In this document: positions 9,076 through 19,228 of the stretch, one piece after another
How positions within the stretch are numbered: position 1 is the first letter of the stretch
Layout: the number at the start of each line of letters is the position of its first letter
Source of the DNA: Nibricoccus sp.
Lineage (GTDB): Bacteria; Verrucomicrobiota; Verrucomicrobiia; Opitutales; Opitutaceae
DNA: 64,000 nucleotides
NCBI GenBank assembly: GCA_047602425.1
Contig: JASGHG010000001.1
Location: 1,088,001 to 1,152,000, forward strand
Reading direction: 5' to 3'
Notes under the pieces: model-generated
Databases searched by the model: none
What the model was told of the DNA's origin: nothing
The model's input: only the letters and a program-made list of their open reading frames with translations
Translations under genes and position numbers: made by a program

Positions 9076-10161
9076 ATGAAAACACGCATTACCCCTGCGC
9101 TGTCATTGTTCGTCGCGGCTGCCGCCGCTTTGCTCTCCACCCCGCTCGCCCACGCTGTCGCCTTCTCTGGCGCTCAAGGTTATGGCGCCAACGCCACCGG
9201 AGGTTCGACCGTCGTCCACGTCACGAATCTTAACGATTCCGGCGCTGGCTCACTCCGCGACGCGCTCAGCGCCAGCGGACGCCGCGTGGTCTTCGATGTC
9301 GCCGGCACGATTAAAATCACGTCCGCCCTCGTCGTCCCGACCAACACCACGATCGATGGCACCACTGCGCCCAGCCCGGGCATCACCGTAACCGGCTACA
9401 ACACGTCTTGCAGCGACCGGAACAACATCATCGTTCGCAACATTCGCTTCCGCGAGGATCTCACCGGCCCGTCCGGCAAGTGCTCCTTCCAGGGAACCAA
9501 TTGCTATAACATAATTCTCGATCATTGTTCGCTCGAGTGGGGACGTTGGGACACGCTCTCGTTCACCAGCAATTCGCACGATATCACCGTCCAATATTGC
9601 ATCATCGGCGAAAGCATCGATCCACAATATTTCGGCAATCTCATCGATGCCTGCGACCGCATTTCTCTTCACCACAATCTCTACATCGACAACCAGAGCC
9701 GCAATCCAAAGCTCAAGTGCAACGGTCAGTATATTAACAATGTCGTTTACAACTGGGGCAGCGGCGGCCTGATCGGCGGCCATTCCTCGGCCGTCTGGAA
9801 AAGCGATGTGATCAACAATTACTTCATCGCCGGGCCCAGCACCGTGAACCTCGACAATTGGGTCGCCGACTGCACCGCAACCGACACGTGGTATCAGTCC
9901 GGCAACTACAACGACCTCAATCGCAACGGCACGCGCAATGGCACGCTCATCCCCGCCTCCGCTTACACCGCCAAAACGATTACGCTCGTCTCCGCCAAGC
10001 AGCACAATCCTTCGCCGGCGGTCACCGTTCATAGTGTTACCTACACCTGCGACCTCGCCCTCGCGGGTTCGCTCGGTTGCCAGCCCAACGACTCGGTCGA
10101 CCAACGCCTCATCGGCTATCTGCGCTCCTACGGCACCCAAGGCCGTATCGGCAAACCCTGA
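9076..10161 (+). CDS. Secreted pectate lyase (PL1-like)
   Basis: Signal peptide; AFSGAQGYG, VTNLNDSGAGSLR, IILDHCS, SRNP. Confidence 0.85.
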   Translation: MKTRITPALSLFVAAAAALLSTPLAHAVAFSGAQGYGANATGGSTVVHVTNLNDSGAGSLRDALSASGRRVVFDVAGTIKITSALVVPTNTTIDGTTAPSPGITVTGYNTSCSDRNNIIVRNIRFREDLTGPSGKCSFQGTNCYNIILDHCSLEWGRWDTLSFTSNSHDITVQYCIIGESIDPQYFGNLIDACDRISLHHNLYIDNQSRNPKLKCNGQYINNVVYNWGSGGLIGGHSSAVWKSDVINNYFIAGPSTVNLDNWVADCTATDTWYQSGNYNDLNRNGTRNGTLIPASAYTAKTITLVSAKQHNPSPAVTVHSVTYTCDLALAGSLGCQPNDSVDQRLIGYLRSYGTQGRIGKP

Positions 10162-10189
10162 GCCGCGCTGAAAACGCTCCTCATTTCCC

Positions 10190-10226
10190 ACGGGGTGAAA
10201 CGACAGTTTCACCCCGTTTACTTTCT
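10190..10226 (+). terminator. Intrinsic terminator
   Basis: ACGGGGTGAAAC-GACA-GTTTCACCCCGT plus T-rich tail. Confidence 0.7.
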
Positions 10227-10337
10227 AAAGCGAAATCTTAACGCGGTCCTCTGTTGTCTTTTCTCCGAGCACTCGGTTCGCCTCTATTTGGGCCAAGACC
10301 GATCCAGCCATGATCTCCTATTGGTTCGATCGTGGGT

Positions 10338-10796
10338 TCACATTCGAACGTTGAGCAAAGTCCATTGAGCAACTGGTCGCGCAGAGGGCAGAAAATTGTA
10401 ATCGTAGGGCATGACGCCCACGCTTGTGACGGGCGAGATGGCCTTTCCGACTCCGTTCGATAAGCTCGGTTTGCCAGCTTCGAACAGCTCTCGTGTATGA
10501 TCCAATTGCCGAACCAAGTAGGGATTGACCTTCTTCTCACTCACGAGGAGCGGTTCAAGCCTGATAACGTCGTCCTCCAGCAAGCCTTCCTCCTCCGCTT
10601 TCTTTCGGATGGAGGGATCGTACTTGAAAGTCTGTTTGAGGACCTCGCGCACGCCAGCCTGGCAAGGCAGGGGTTGCGATGCCGCTTTATCTTTAGCTGA
10701 TGGTTCCCCTTGCAAAGAAACGATCCCGGGCAGAATGATCATCATGGGCATCATGACGGCCCGCGCCGGACACAGTGCTCTTCGAAAGAATGACAA
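10338..10796 (-). CDS. Hypothetical, probably exported protein
   Basis: Hydrophobic N-terminus; 152-aa ORF; start uncertain. Confidence 0.55.
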   Translation of the reverse strand: MSFFRRALCPARAVMMPMMIILPGIVSLQGEPSAKDKAASQPLPCQAGVREVLKQTFKYDPSIRKKAEEEGLLEDDVIRLEPLLVSEKKVNPYLVRQLDHTRELFEAGKPSLSNGVGKAISPVTSVGVMPYDYNFLPSARPVAQWTLLNVRM

Positions 10797-10881
10797 AGCA
10801 GGGTTAATCCATTTTACGACGGTTCGTTCTTAAAGATGTTCCATCCGATGGCCACAACTGTAGCCTGCCCATTCCGAGCGC

Positions 10882-11643
10882 CTAGAGGTGCCTCGGTTCG
10901 CGCGATGCCTCCTCGCGCAGCGCCCGTCGTCGCCAGAGTAGCATGAGAAGGAATCCGACGAGCGCTCCGCCCAAGTGGGCGAAATGAGCAACACCGCCAC
11001 CGAACAGCGAAAAACCAGTGACCCCCGACAAAAGGTCCAATCCTAGCAACAATGGGATGAAGAATTTCGCCGCGATCGGTACTGGCGCGAATATCAATGC
11101 GAGTTTTGCATTGGGGTAAAGCAGGCCAAATGCGACGAGAACGCCGTAAATTCCGCCTGATGCTCCGATCATCGGCACGGCGTAAACCCGGTAGAGCGCA
11201 TTCAGCGTATCCCTAATTCCCGCCCCCTGCGGAATCGCACCGTGGCCGGCGGTGAACAATGCGCGGATTGCATCGGGCGCCACTCCCTGCGCAGCCAACC
11301 GCTCTTGAAGCACGCCGTAGCGATAGACGTTGACGCCGTTGTGGACAAGCGCCGCACCCATTCCACAGAGGATAAAGAATACAAGAAATCGACCCGTGCC
11401 CCATTGCCGCTCTAGCAGTCCACCAAAGGAAAGCAGAGCGAACATGTTGAATAAAACATGCCCCAGTCCGCCATGGAGAAACATGTACGTCACCACCTGC
11501 CACGGGGCGAAGTGCGGATTCTTCGTGAACCAGAATGCTCCGTGCTCGATCAACCATTGTCGCGCTTCTGGGGCAAGGCCCACCACAAAAAGCGTGGCAT
11601 TTGCGATCAATAGACCCAGCACAGCAGGAGGAAGTCGATTCAT
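10882..11643 (-). CDS. Rhomboid intramembrane serine protease
   Basis: YMFLHGG..HVLFNM, GASG, AHFAHLGG. Confidence 0.93.
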   Translation of the reverse strand: MNRLPPAVLGLLIANATLFVVGLAPEARQWLIEHGAFWFTKNPHFAPWQVVTYMFLHGGLGHVLFNMFALLSFGGLLERQWGTGRFLVFFILCGMGAALVHNGVNVYRYGVLQERLAAQGVAPDAIRALFTAGHGAIPQGAGIRDTLNALYRVYAVPMIGASGGIYGVLVAFGLLYPNAKLALIFAPVPIAAKFFIPLLLGLDLLSGVTGFSLFGGGVAHFAHLGGALVGFLLMLLWRRRALREEASREPRHL

Positions 11644-11962
11644 GTCCTGAGGTTGGCCTGCTTCGCGTTTGCCGCAACTCCGGTCCAACGCCGATTGAAC
11701 GAGTCGCTCGCGGTGACCGCGCCGTCGGCGATAACCACAGGCAATCGCATTACGGTTAACGCTGGGACTATTCGGTAGTGCGAACTCGGAGTACCTCCTA
11801 TCGCACGTCGAAATAGTTCTAGTAACGTATGTTCTCACAACAGCAGTTCCACCTGATCGAACTCAATACCTCACTCCACCGTATGCTTCCGTTGCCACTG
11901 AATAGAACCACACGGGAGCAGAAATGATCGACAAAACAAAAACCAATCAACCCATCCATCCC

Positions 11963-12091
11963 ATGTTAACTCTCGCCGCTATTGTGCTTCCCATCGCCGC
12001 TGCCGGTTACTCGCTGCTTTATCTTCTTTTCGGCGGCGGTCTCGGTGGCGCTATCCTGATCTTCATCATCGCGAAAGCCCTCGGTAAATAA
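11963..12091 (+). CDS. 42-aa small membrane protein (below ORF-track cutoff)
   Basis: MLTLAAIVLPIAAAGYSLLYLLFGGGLGGAILIFIIAKALGK; host-like codons; A/C-rich leader. Confidence 0.7.
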   Translation: MLTLAAIVLPIAAAGYSLLYLLFGGGLGGAILIFIIAKALGK

Positions 12092-12178
12092 GGCCTGTCG
12101 CTTTTGTCTCCGAGCTGGTGGCAGTTGAAGACCAGCCCCTTCCCCGTAGTAACACGAACCAATCCTTAGATCTTTTTT

Positions 12179-13156
12179 ATGATTTCAACTCCTCCTCCTT
12201 TTGCGTCCACGTCGACAGCTGAACTACTGTCGACTCAGAGCACTTATAGAGTGCAACTTCACCGCTCCGTTTCCTGGGGCGCGATCATGGCCGGTATTAC
12301 TGCAGCGCTGGCCATGCAGGTTTTATTCATGTTGCTTGGCGCAGGACTCGGATTCGCCATTTACACTCCGCTCACGGACGAAAATCCGATCGCCAACCTT
12401 GGAGCGGGCGCCTTGATCGTTCAGGGCATCAGCGCTGTCTTCTCCCTCTGGTTCGGTGGTTGGGTGGCAGGACGCTTCACTCCTACCGGAACGCGTGCGA
12501 CCGGCTGGCTGCATGGTTTCAGCGTCTGGTGTGCCGCCACGGTCGCTGGCGTGCTTTTTGTTTCTGCCGGCGCGGGCTGGATTTTGGGCGACTTGTCGAA
12601 GCTCGTGGGCGGGGGTCTTTCGCTCGCAGGCAAACCCGCTGCGGCATTGGCCGGCGGAGCGGCGGACATGGCCAAGGATGCGGTCAAAAAGTCCGGCGAC
12701 ACACTCGCCAGCTTTACCGACGAAGCCTTGGGCAACCGCCCCGCCGATTCGGCGGGAATTAACAATGCCCGTGCAAAACGTGAAATTGGAATGGCTCTCA
12801 CCCGTCTTTTCACGCCCGGCCAGCAAACCAATGCGGCAGACAACCGCGCCGCCTTGGTCAAGGCATTGGTTGACCACGCGGGAATGAGCGAAGCGGATGC
12901 GAACCGAACCGTCACCGAGTGGACAAACACCTATGATCGGCTCAAAGCGGATTTGACCGCGGCGAAAAACGAGGCCGAAACCAAAGCGCGGGTGGCCGCC
13001 GAAGAGGCATCCAAGGCGTTGGCCATCTTTTCGCTCTGCGCCTTCGTGGCTTTCGCCATGGGCGGTCTCGCCGCCAGTTGGGGCGGCCATCAGGGGGCAA
13101 AGCATGCCCTCAGATGCGAGCAGACCGAGAGGGCTTTGGCCGCCAGCGAAAGTTAA
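12179..13156 (+). CDS. Multi-pass membrane protein of unknown function
   Basis: SVSWGAIMAG, GGWVAGR, LHGF.VW motifs; several TM helices plus a helical soluble region. Confidence 0.85.
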   Translation: MISTPPPFASTSTAELLSTQSTYRVQLHRSVSWGAIMAGITAALAMQVLFMLLGAGLGFAIYTPLTDENPIANLGAGALIVQGISAVFSLWFGGWVAGRFTPTGTRATGWLHGFSVWCAATVAGVLFVSAGAGWILGDLSKLVGGGLSLAGKPAAALAGGAADMAKDAVKKSGDTLASFTDEALGNRPADSAGINNARAKREIGMALTRLFTPGQQTNAADNRAALVKALVDHAGMSEADANRTVTEWTNTYDRLKADLTAAKNEAETKARVAAEEASKALAIFSLCAFVAFAMGGLAASWGGHQGAKHALRCEQTERALAASES

Positions 13157-13358
13157 ACGCTTGTCTTCACCTCAAAGGACCGAGTGACATTCGCCCTCCG
13201 CCCAAACCATATCAGTGGTCCAATTGCACAGGCCGTCTTCGTCCCCTGATCGCAGGAGCGAAGGCGGCCTTGTCTTTTTGTTTTTTTGAAAAACTATTTT
13301 CTATTTTTGCGGTAAGCAATCGGACCACGGTCCAGCACGATCCACGGAGTGTGACGTT

Positions 13359-14060
13359 ATGAAAAATGTAATTTTTCACCCGTTCAATAAGGCCAAGATC
13401 GTGGCCGGGCTGGCGCTTTTCACGGTATTCGCGGGTTGCGCGAGCGAGTCATCCAGCGGATATCGGGGCTATTCCCGAGCCGACACTGATTTTCAGGACG
13501 ACTACGATTACTTTCCGGAATATGAGACTTACTACAGTTATCGTCGGCGCGAATTCGTGTATCTCGACGGAGGCGTTTGGGTCCGGCGCCCGGCTCCACC
13601 CCATGGAACCCCGGTAAATGTGATTCTGGCCGCACCCTCTGTGCGGCTTGATTTCCATGACGCGCCCGAGCGGCATCACAATACCGTCGTCCGCTCTTAT
13701 CCGAGAACTTGGCGAGGACCGGATAAAGATCATCCCGTAAATCAAGAACGCTCGGCCCCACCGACCCCGCCGCCAGAACGCCGCGACGTCAGACCAGAGC
13801 CACCGCCGGAGCACCAAAACCGTCATCACGAGGGCAGGAACGACGAGCATCGCGAATCCAGGCCAGAACATCCCGTCGCACCGCCAACTCCCCCACAAAA
13901 TCGCCCCGAACATCCGGATGGCCGACCCAAACCACCGAACCAAAAGAAAGTCGAACCCCGTGAAGAGCGTCCGCAAAACCAATCGGAACAACAGGACGAC
14001 GATCATAAACGCGACCGGAAAGACGATAAGCCAGATGATGACAGGCGTCCGAATCGGTAA
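13359..14060 (+). CDS. Putative lipoprotein with Pro/charged disordered tail
   Basis: Lipobox FAGC; Tyr-rich domain then low-complexity tail. Confidence 0.75.
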   Translation: MKNVIFHPFNKAKIVAGLALFTVFAGCASESSSGYRGYSRADTDFQDDYDYFPEYETYYSYRRREFVYLDGGVWVRRPAPPHGTPVNVILAAPSVRLDFHDAPERHHNTVVRSYPRTWRGPDKDHPVNQERSAPPTPPPERRDVRPEPPPEHQNRHHEGRNDEHRESRPEHPVAPPTPPQNRPEHPDGRPKPPNQKKVEPREERPQNQSEQQDDDHKRDRKDDKPDDDRRPNR

Positions 14061-14303
14061 CCTTCACATTGGCGGAAACGGATACGACAACTGCCGTGGC
14101 TGAATCGCTGATTTGGCTCAGCTAAAACCAAGCCGGCCGCCTAAAATCGCCGGATAGGCCTAAGGGACCGATCGAACTCGGAAGGCTTGCCATCCGCAGA
14201 TGGTGGAACCACGGGATGCGGTGCAAAATTTCAAAGGCGGAACTGGCGCGTTTCGATTTTCTGGTTAGCGTCCACGTTTCCCAAAACACCCGTGAAAAAA
14301 TCC

Positions 14304-15191
14304 ATGCCCAAAATATCCTTCGGCGCGCTGCGTCGTTTGTTCGTTGTCTTCTCGTTGTTAACCTCCCCCTGCAGTTATGCGCAGCAGGAAATCCCGGTCT
14401 GGAAGGACGGTGCTCCAGGCTTGAAGCATGAGCGAGCCGAAGCTTCCGAGGACAGACATGAGACAGGGCGGATGGATCGCTATATCAGCTACGTCAGCAA
14501 TCCTACGCTGACGATTTATCCAGCGGACCCGGCCAAGGCCACGGGCGCAGCCGTGCTCGTTGTTCCTGGCGGAGGGTTTCGGTACGTGTGTCTCGACAAG
14601 GAAGGCATCGAGCCGGCGCAGTGGTTGAACTCAATCGGCGTCACCGCGGTCGTTTTGAAGTATCGCACCCTCGATCCGGAGAAAGAGCGTAGTGCGAAAA
14701 CGATTGAACCTTTGTTCGCAGAAACCGAACGGGCGATGCGCGTGGTTCGCGCCCACGCGGCCGAGTGGAAAATCGATCCAAAGAAGATCGGCATCATGGG
14801 TTTTTCCGCCGGCGCCATCATGGCGGTGCGCTTGGTCGTCGACGCGGATGCCGGTGATGCGGCTGCGGCCGACCCTGTCGAAAAAGCCGGCAGCCGTCCC
14901 GACTTTGTCGTGTTTGTCTATGGTGCAGTGCCTCCTGGCAAACAACCCAAAATCGACAAAACCGCGCCTCCGTTTTTTCTCGTGCATGCGGCGGATGATC
15001 CCAAGGCGCCGGTCAGCGGTGCGCTCAAGGTTTTCCAATTCCTCAATGAAGGCGGAGCTTCGGCCGAGTTGCATGTTTATCACCGCGGCGATCATGGCTT
15101 TGGCATGACGCCCAAGCTCGGCACGGTCCGCGATTGGACCAGTTCGTGCGCGTCGTGGATGCGCGACCTCGGCATTATTCCCGCGCAATAA
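14304..15191 (+). CDS. Secreted alpha/beta hydrolase (carbohydrate esterase-like)
   Basis: PGGGF, nucleophile GFSAG, DD.., HGFG. Confidence 0.88.
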   Translation: MPKISFGALRRLFVVFSLLTSPCSYAQQEIPVWKDGAPGLKHERAEASEDRHETGRMDRYISYVSNPTLTIYPADPAKATGAAVLVVPGGGFRYVCLDKEGIEPAQWLNSIGVTAVVLKYRTLDPEKERSAKTIEPLFAETERAMRVVRAHAAEWKIDPKKIGIMGFSAGAIMAVRLVVDADAGDAAAADPVEKAGSRPDFVVFVYGAVPPGKQPKIDKTAPPFFLVHAADDPKAPVSGALKVFQFLNEGGASAELHVYHRGDHGFGMTPKLGTVRDWTSSCASWMRDLGIIPAQ

Positions 15192-15255
15192 ATTGGCAGC
15201 CCAGCCCGCTGCAGATTTGCCAGCGGGCTTCGATGCGGGTGAAAAAGAACCTGCC

Positions 15256-15969
15256 ATGAACCGAGGTGAAACCGCCGCCCACCGTGAGTTGAAGAAACTC
15301 GCTTTCGAGTGGGCGCGCGATCACGGGTTTCCCATCGCGGCATGTGAGGTTCGCATCCCGGCAAGCGGTTATCGCGCAGACGTCGCGGCTTGTTCTCTGG
15401 CGCAAAAAGACGGCGAACGTGCGGTCGCGTTGTTCGAGTGCAAACAATGCCGCTCCGATCTCTTGCGCGACAAAGCGGACGAAGCGAAGGTCCGCGCGCA
15501 GACCGTGGAAATTTCGCAACGACTCTCGGCGTTGCGCACGCTGGTCGCGGAACACCGGCCCGATCTGCGCCGGGGCGAATCGCTTTTCCCCGAATACGAC
15601 GACTATGATTTTCGCGGGTTGCGCCACGAAGCGTTGCATGGCCTTGAGAAGGAAATGGAAACCTTGCAGAAAAAAATTCTCAACAGCGTGAAGTTTTCGC
15701 GACTGCGGCGCTACGAGGCGGCAACGCATCTTTACCTCGTGACGGAGGGCGATATCCTCGCCGAGTACGAGGTGCCGCTGGGCTGGGGTTGGCTCGCGCG
15801 AAGAGGCGAAACGCTCGAGTGTCTGTTGAAACCGACGCGCCTTTCTCCCACCTCCAAGCAAACCGAACGCTGGCTGGAAGCCATCGCTTTGGCGGGTACA
15901 CGTGTTTCGGCAAAGGCGTTCGGCATCGAGCGACAAGCGGACGAACCTCCGAACGAACGCACACCATGA
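15256..15969 (+). CDS. PD-(D/E)XK nuclease-like protein (MmcB-like)
   Basis: H..LK, EV...RADV...FECKQCRSDLLRD...YLV...P.GWG. Confidence 0.6.
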   Translation: MNRGETAAHRELKKLAFEWARDHGFPIAACEVRIPASGYRADVAACSLAQKDGERAVALFECKQCRSDLLRDKADEAKVRAQTVEISQRLSALRTLVAEHRPDLRRGESLFPEYDDYDFRGLRHEALHGLEKEMETLQKKILNSVKFSRLRRYEAATHLYLVTEGDILAEYEVPLGWGWLARRGETLECLLKPTRLSPTSKQTERWLEAIALAGTRVSAKAFGIERQADEPPNERTP

Positions 15970-16033
15970 GGCAAAACCAAGAAGTTGCCGCGCCAAACTT
16001 CGCAGCGCGGCAACGTTGTTTCAGTTAGTCCGT

Positions 16034-17875
16034 TTACTGCGCGAACGGCCCCCCACCGGCACCCGCGTTGGCCATGACGGATGATTTGGCACTTGCCGCG
16101 CTTTCCAGCGAGTAGCTGTACGGAACAGCAAACACGCTGTCCGTGCCGGGCAGCATGACGCGTTGCGTGCCGTCGGAGTTGGTGACGTTGCCAGTCCACG
16201 TCACGCCGTTGTTCGTGCTATTGAGGCTCACGTTGTTGCCCGAGGCGTACAACTTGCCCTGCGTGCCGCTGCCCGTGATGTATTGCTCCCAGGGATTACG
16301 CACGTTTTCGAAGAAGTTATTTTCCACTCGAACCTCGGCCTGAACACGAGTACGCGCGCAGTAGTTATTGCCTGGCGCATTGTAATAGTTATTGAAAAGA
16401 TGCACCCGGCCAAACCGGACCGAAGGCATGCGCTCGACGCAGCCCGTGCTCCACCAGTTGTGATGGTAAGTCACGTGATATTGACTGCCGTTGTCTGAAT
16501 CGCTTGAGCCGATGAGGCTGACGAAATTATGGCCATCATTGATCGTATAGAAGAACTCGCACCACGAGATGGTGATGTAGTCGGAGGCCTGCGTGATATC
16601 GATGTTGCCATCGGTGGAGTTGACCAGTGTGCAGTGATCGATCCAAACGTGATCTGAGTAATGCAGGCCGATGTTATCCTCGGTCGAACTTGTGATGGTG
16701 AGATTGCGAATGATCACGTTTTTCGAGCGGTAAAGATAGAGGCCGCCGCCAGAGAGAATGACGTTGCCCTGTCCAATCACGGTTTTGTTCGAACGGATGT
16801 GCGTGGCCATGCCGGTCAGTGGAAACGATTTGGCGATATAAATCGTATAGGGTGCGTCGACGTCCGAGTACTGCTGCAGCTCGGCTTCGCTCGAAACATA
16901 AACGGTCGGGCCAGCCGCACCGCCCGTGATCGTACCACCGTCGTTGCAGAAACCGATCGGGTCGAACGAACCACCCGAACTCGTGCTGCCGCTCGATGAT
17001 GAGGACGAACTACTGCTACTCGACGAACTGGAAGAGCTCGACGAGGAACTGCTCGACGAAGAGGAAGACGAAGAACTCGAAGAAGAGCTGGAAGACGACG
17101 AAGAGGATGAGCTGCTTGATGACGAACTAGAAGATGAACCACCGCTCGCCGGTAAAAGCACAACCGAAGACTGCGCGAGCTGGCCTGAGGCCGAAGCGGT
17201 CCAACTCGTGGTCACGGTGCCTGCGGTGGACAGCGTCTTCGTCGACGACGCACTGCCCGAGCCCGATGAGGAGCGGTCATAGCGTTCCGTTTGTCCGGAA
17301 CCAGCTGTGAAGCTCACGCTCGATGCGCCGCTCCCAACGACGTCGACCAACAAACCGCCAATAGTCGAGCCGCCGAGCGACGTGGAAATGGCAGTACCTG
17401 ACGCCGACGTATTGGCGGCCGACGAGGCCGGCGCCGCCTGCACCGCGCCGGACACCGAGGTCGAACCAGCTATGGCACTGGAGACTGTACCGGCGAATCG
17501 CACACGCACTTGATAATTGCCCGATGCCGGGAGGTTAGCGTTGAGCAAATAGAATAATTGCGTGCGATTGATCGTGCTGCCTCCGATACTCGCTTGGGAA
17601 CCGCTCACCGGCGTGAGCGCCTTCCCATTGTAGGCCACATCCACGATCGCCAGATCGGCGGCGCTGCTGTCTTCGGCAGAAACGCCGACCACCAGCAAAC
17701 GGTTGCCGCCCGCGCCGATGGTGTGATTCCAACTCAGTTGTGTCACACTCGAGCCGCCGACAGACCCGGAACGGTCAAAGACGACATCAGCCAGGGACGA
17801 ACTAGCTCCAACAAACAAACAAGCAAGCCACATAAATGCGGCCGCGAAACAATGCGGGGTGTTTTTGATTTTCAT
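16034..17875 (-). CDS. Modular pectate lyase (N-terminal beta domain, poly-Ser linker, PL1 catalytic domain)
   Basis: Signal peptide; NVIIRNL, VWIDH, DG, RMPSVRFG.VHLFNN. Confidence 0.9.
   Translation of the reverse strand: MKIKNTPHCFAAAFMWLACLFVGASSSLADVVFDRSGSVGGSSVTQLSWNHTIGAGGNRLLVVGVSAEDSSAADLAIVDVAYNGKALTPVSGSQASIGGSTINRTQLFYLLNANLPASGNYQVRVRFAGTVSSAIAGSTSVSGAVQAAPASSAANTSASGTAISTSLGGSTIGGLLVDVVGSGASSVSFTAGSGQTERYDRSSSGSGSASSTKTLSTAGTVTTSWTASASGQLAQSSVVLLPASGGSSSSSSSSSSSSSSSSSSSSSSSSSSSSSSSSSSSSSSSSSSSSSSSSSGSTSSGGSFDPIGFCNDGGTITGGAAGPTVYVSSEAELQQYSDVDAPYTIYIAKSFPLTGMATHIRSNKTVIGQGNVILSGGGLYLYRSKNVIIRNLTITSSTEDNIGLHYSDHVWIDHCTLVNSTDGNIDITQASDYITISWCEFFYTINDGHNFVSLIGSSDSDNGSQYHVTYHHNWWSTGCVERMPSVRFGRVHLFNNYYNAPGNNYCARTRVQAEVRVENNFFENVRNPWEQYITGSGTQGKLYASGNNVSLNSTNNGVTWTGNVTNSDGTQRVMLPGTDSVFAVPYSYSLESAASAKSSVMANAGAGGGPFAQ
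16990..17140 (-). repeat. Poly-serine linker coding tract
   Basis: About 50 consecutive Ser with mixed codons. Confidence 0.9.
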
Positions 17876-18110
17876 GGGGTATCGTTTTTTGGGTTTTTGC
17901 CGTTGCTGGCAAAAGGGTATAAAACCAAAAGTAAGAGACAACGCGCCATCCGCGGCACATAAAAGCTGTCAGCGCGTGGCTGCGCGCAGTCATGCCGGTA
18001 TAAAAAGTTGGCATCAATGGGGTCATGCTCGGGGTGCCTCTCCCACTCGTGGGGCTGCGAAGATCCCCGGCAAACGCCGTGATGTCAAACGACGTGTTCG
18101 ATCAGCCGCG

Positions 18111-18998
18111 TCATCCGTGCCGGCCTTTGAACGTCAATTCTGCCACCCCGCTTTTGTCGATGGCACCGAGACCAACGGCGACCATGCGATCATATTGCAA
18201 TTTCGTCGCGGCAGCGAGCGGGAGCTGAAGGCCAGCCTCGCAACCAAGCGTCCAGGCGATCGTGCTGTCTTTCGCGGCGTGAGCGGCGGAAAAATAACAA
18301 TCGTGAGCGCGAGCCTGCATGTCTTCGCCATCGGTCTTGAGCACTTGCGAGGCCGCACCGGTCTGCGCAAAGACCTCGCGCAACATCGTGAGGTCGAGCC
18401 CGAGCGCCGCACCGAGACCAAGACCTTCGGCCAGCGCCGCCGTGTTCATATTCATGACCATGTTAACAAGTGCCTTCACCTGTGCGGCGCGTCCGGCCGG
18501 GCCGATGTAGCGCAAGGCGGAACTGAGTTTTTCCAAAACAGGTTTGGTGCGTTCAAAAACGTTCGGTTCTCCGCCGCACATGAGATAGAGTGTGCCGGCG
18601 CGAGCTTGCGGGATCGACGAAGCCATGCATGCCTCAAGCGCCTCGGCACCGACGGCGCGAGCGCGCCGCTCAATCTCGACGTGAGTCTTCGGCGTGATGG
18701 TTGCACAATTGACGAACCGTTTTCCCTTGGCGCCCACGAGCAGCGAATCACCCGTTTCTGAAAAAAGTCCAAGCTGCGCCGCATCATCCGTGACGACGGT
18801 AAAAACGATATCGGCGGAGGCGGTGACGGCCGCGAGCGTAGCGACACTGACCGCGCCAAGTTCCTGCGCAAGGGCGGTCGCGGCTGGTGCGTGGACATCA
18901 TAAACCGCGGCGATCGAATAGCCGCAGTCTTTTAAGCGACGAGCCATGTTGGCTCCCATGCGACCGAGTCCAACAAAGGCAATTTTTTCGAGCGTCAT
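18111..18998 (-). CDS. NAD(P)-dependent oxidoreductase (3-hydroxyisobutyrate dehydrogenase family)
   Basis: IAFVGLGRMGANMA; catalytic K in VKALVN; KD motif. Confidence 0.88.
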   Translation of the reverse strand: MTLEKIAFVGLGRMGANMARRLKDCGYSIAAVYDVHAPAATALAQELGAVSVATLAAVTASADIVFTVVTDDAAQLGLFSETGDSLLVGAKGKRFVNCATITPKTHVEIERRARAVGAEALEACMASSIPQARAGTLYLMCGGEPNVFERTKPVLEKLSSALRYIGPAGRAAQVKALVNMVMNMNTAALAEGLGLGAALGLDLTMLREVFAQTGAASQVLKTDGEDMQARAHDCYFSAAHAAKDSTIAWTLGCEAGLQLPLAAATKLQYDRMVAVGLGAIDKSGVAELTFKGRHG

Positions 18999-19228
18999 AA
19001 AATAGATTGGCGATGAGCGAGCGTGCTCAGAATTGCCTCCATCGCCAGTCGTGTGACGATTTTTAGTGACCGTCGGGCGACGCAACCTCTTCGCCTCTGC
19101 GAAAAGTGTGGACAGGCGACTTTCACGTCGCCCGTTTTTCTATCGAAGGTCCAGCGGATCGACAGGAGAATCGAACCACTATATCGCCATGGCCGATGGT
19201 TCGTTTTCTCCTACGAAAATGGTCCTGC

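Noticed and set aside
16926..17282. Acidic EELDE-rich plus-strand ORF
   Set aside because: Antisense shadow of the poly-Ser linker
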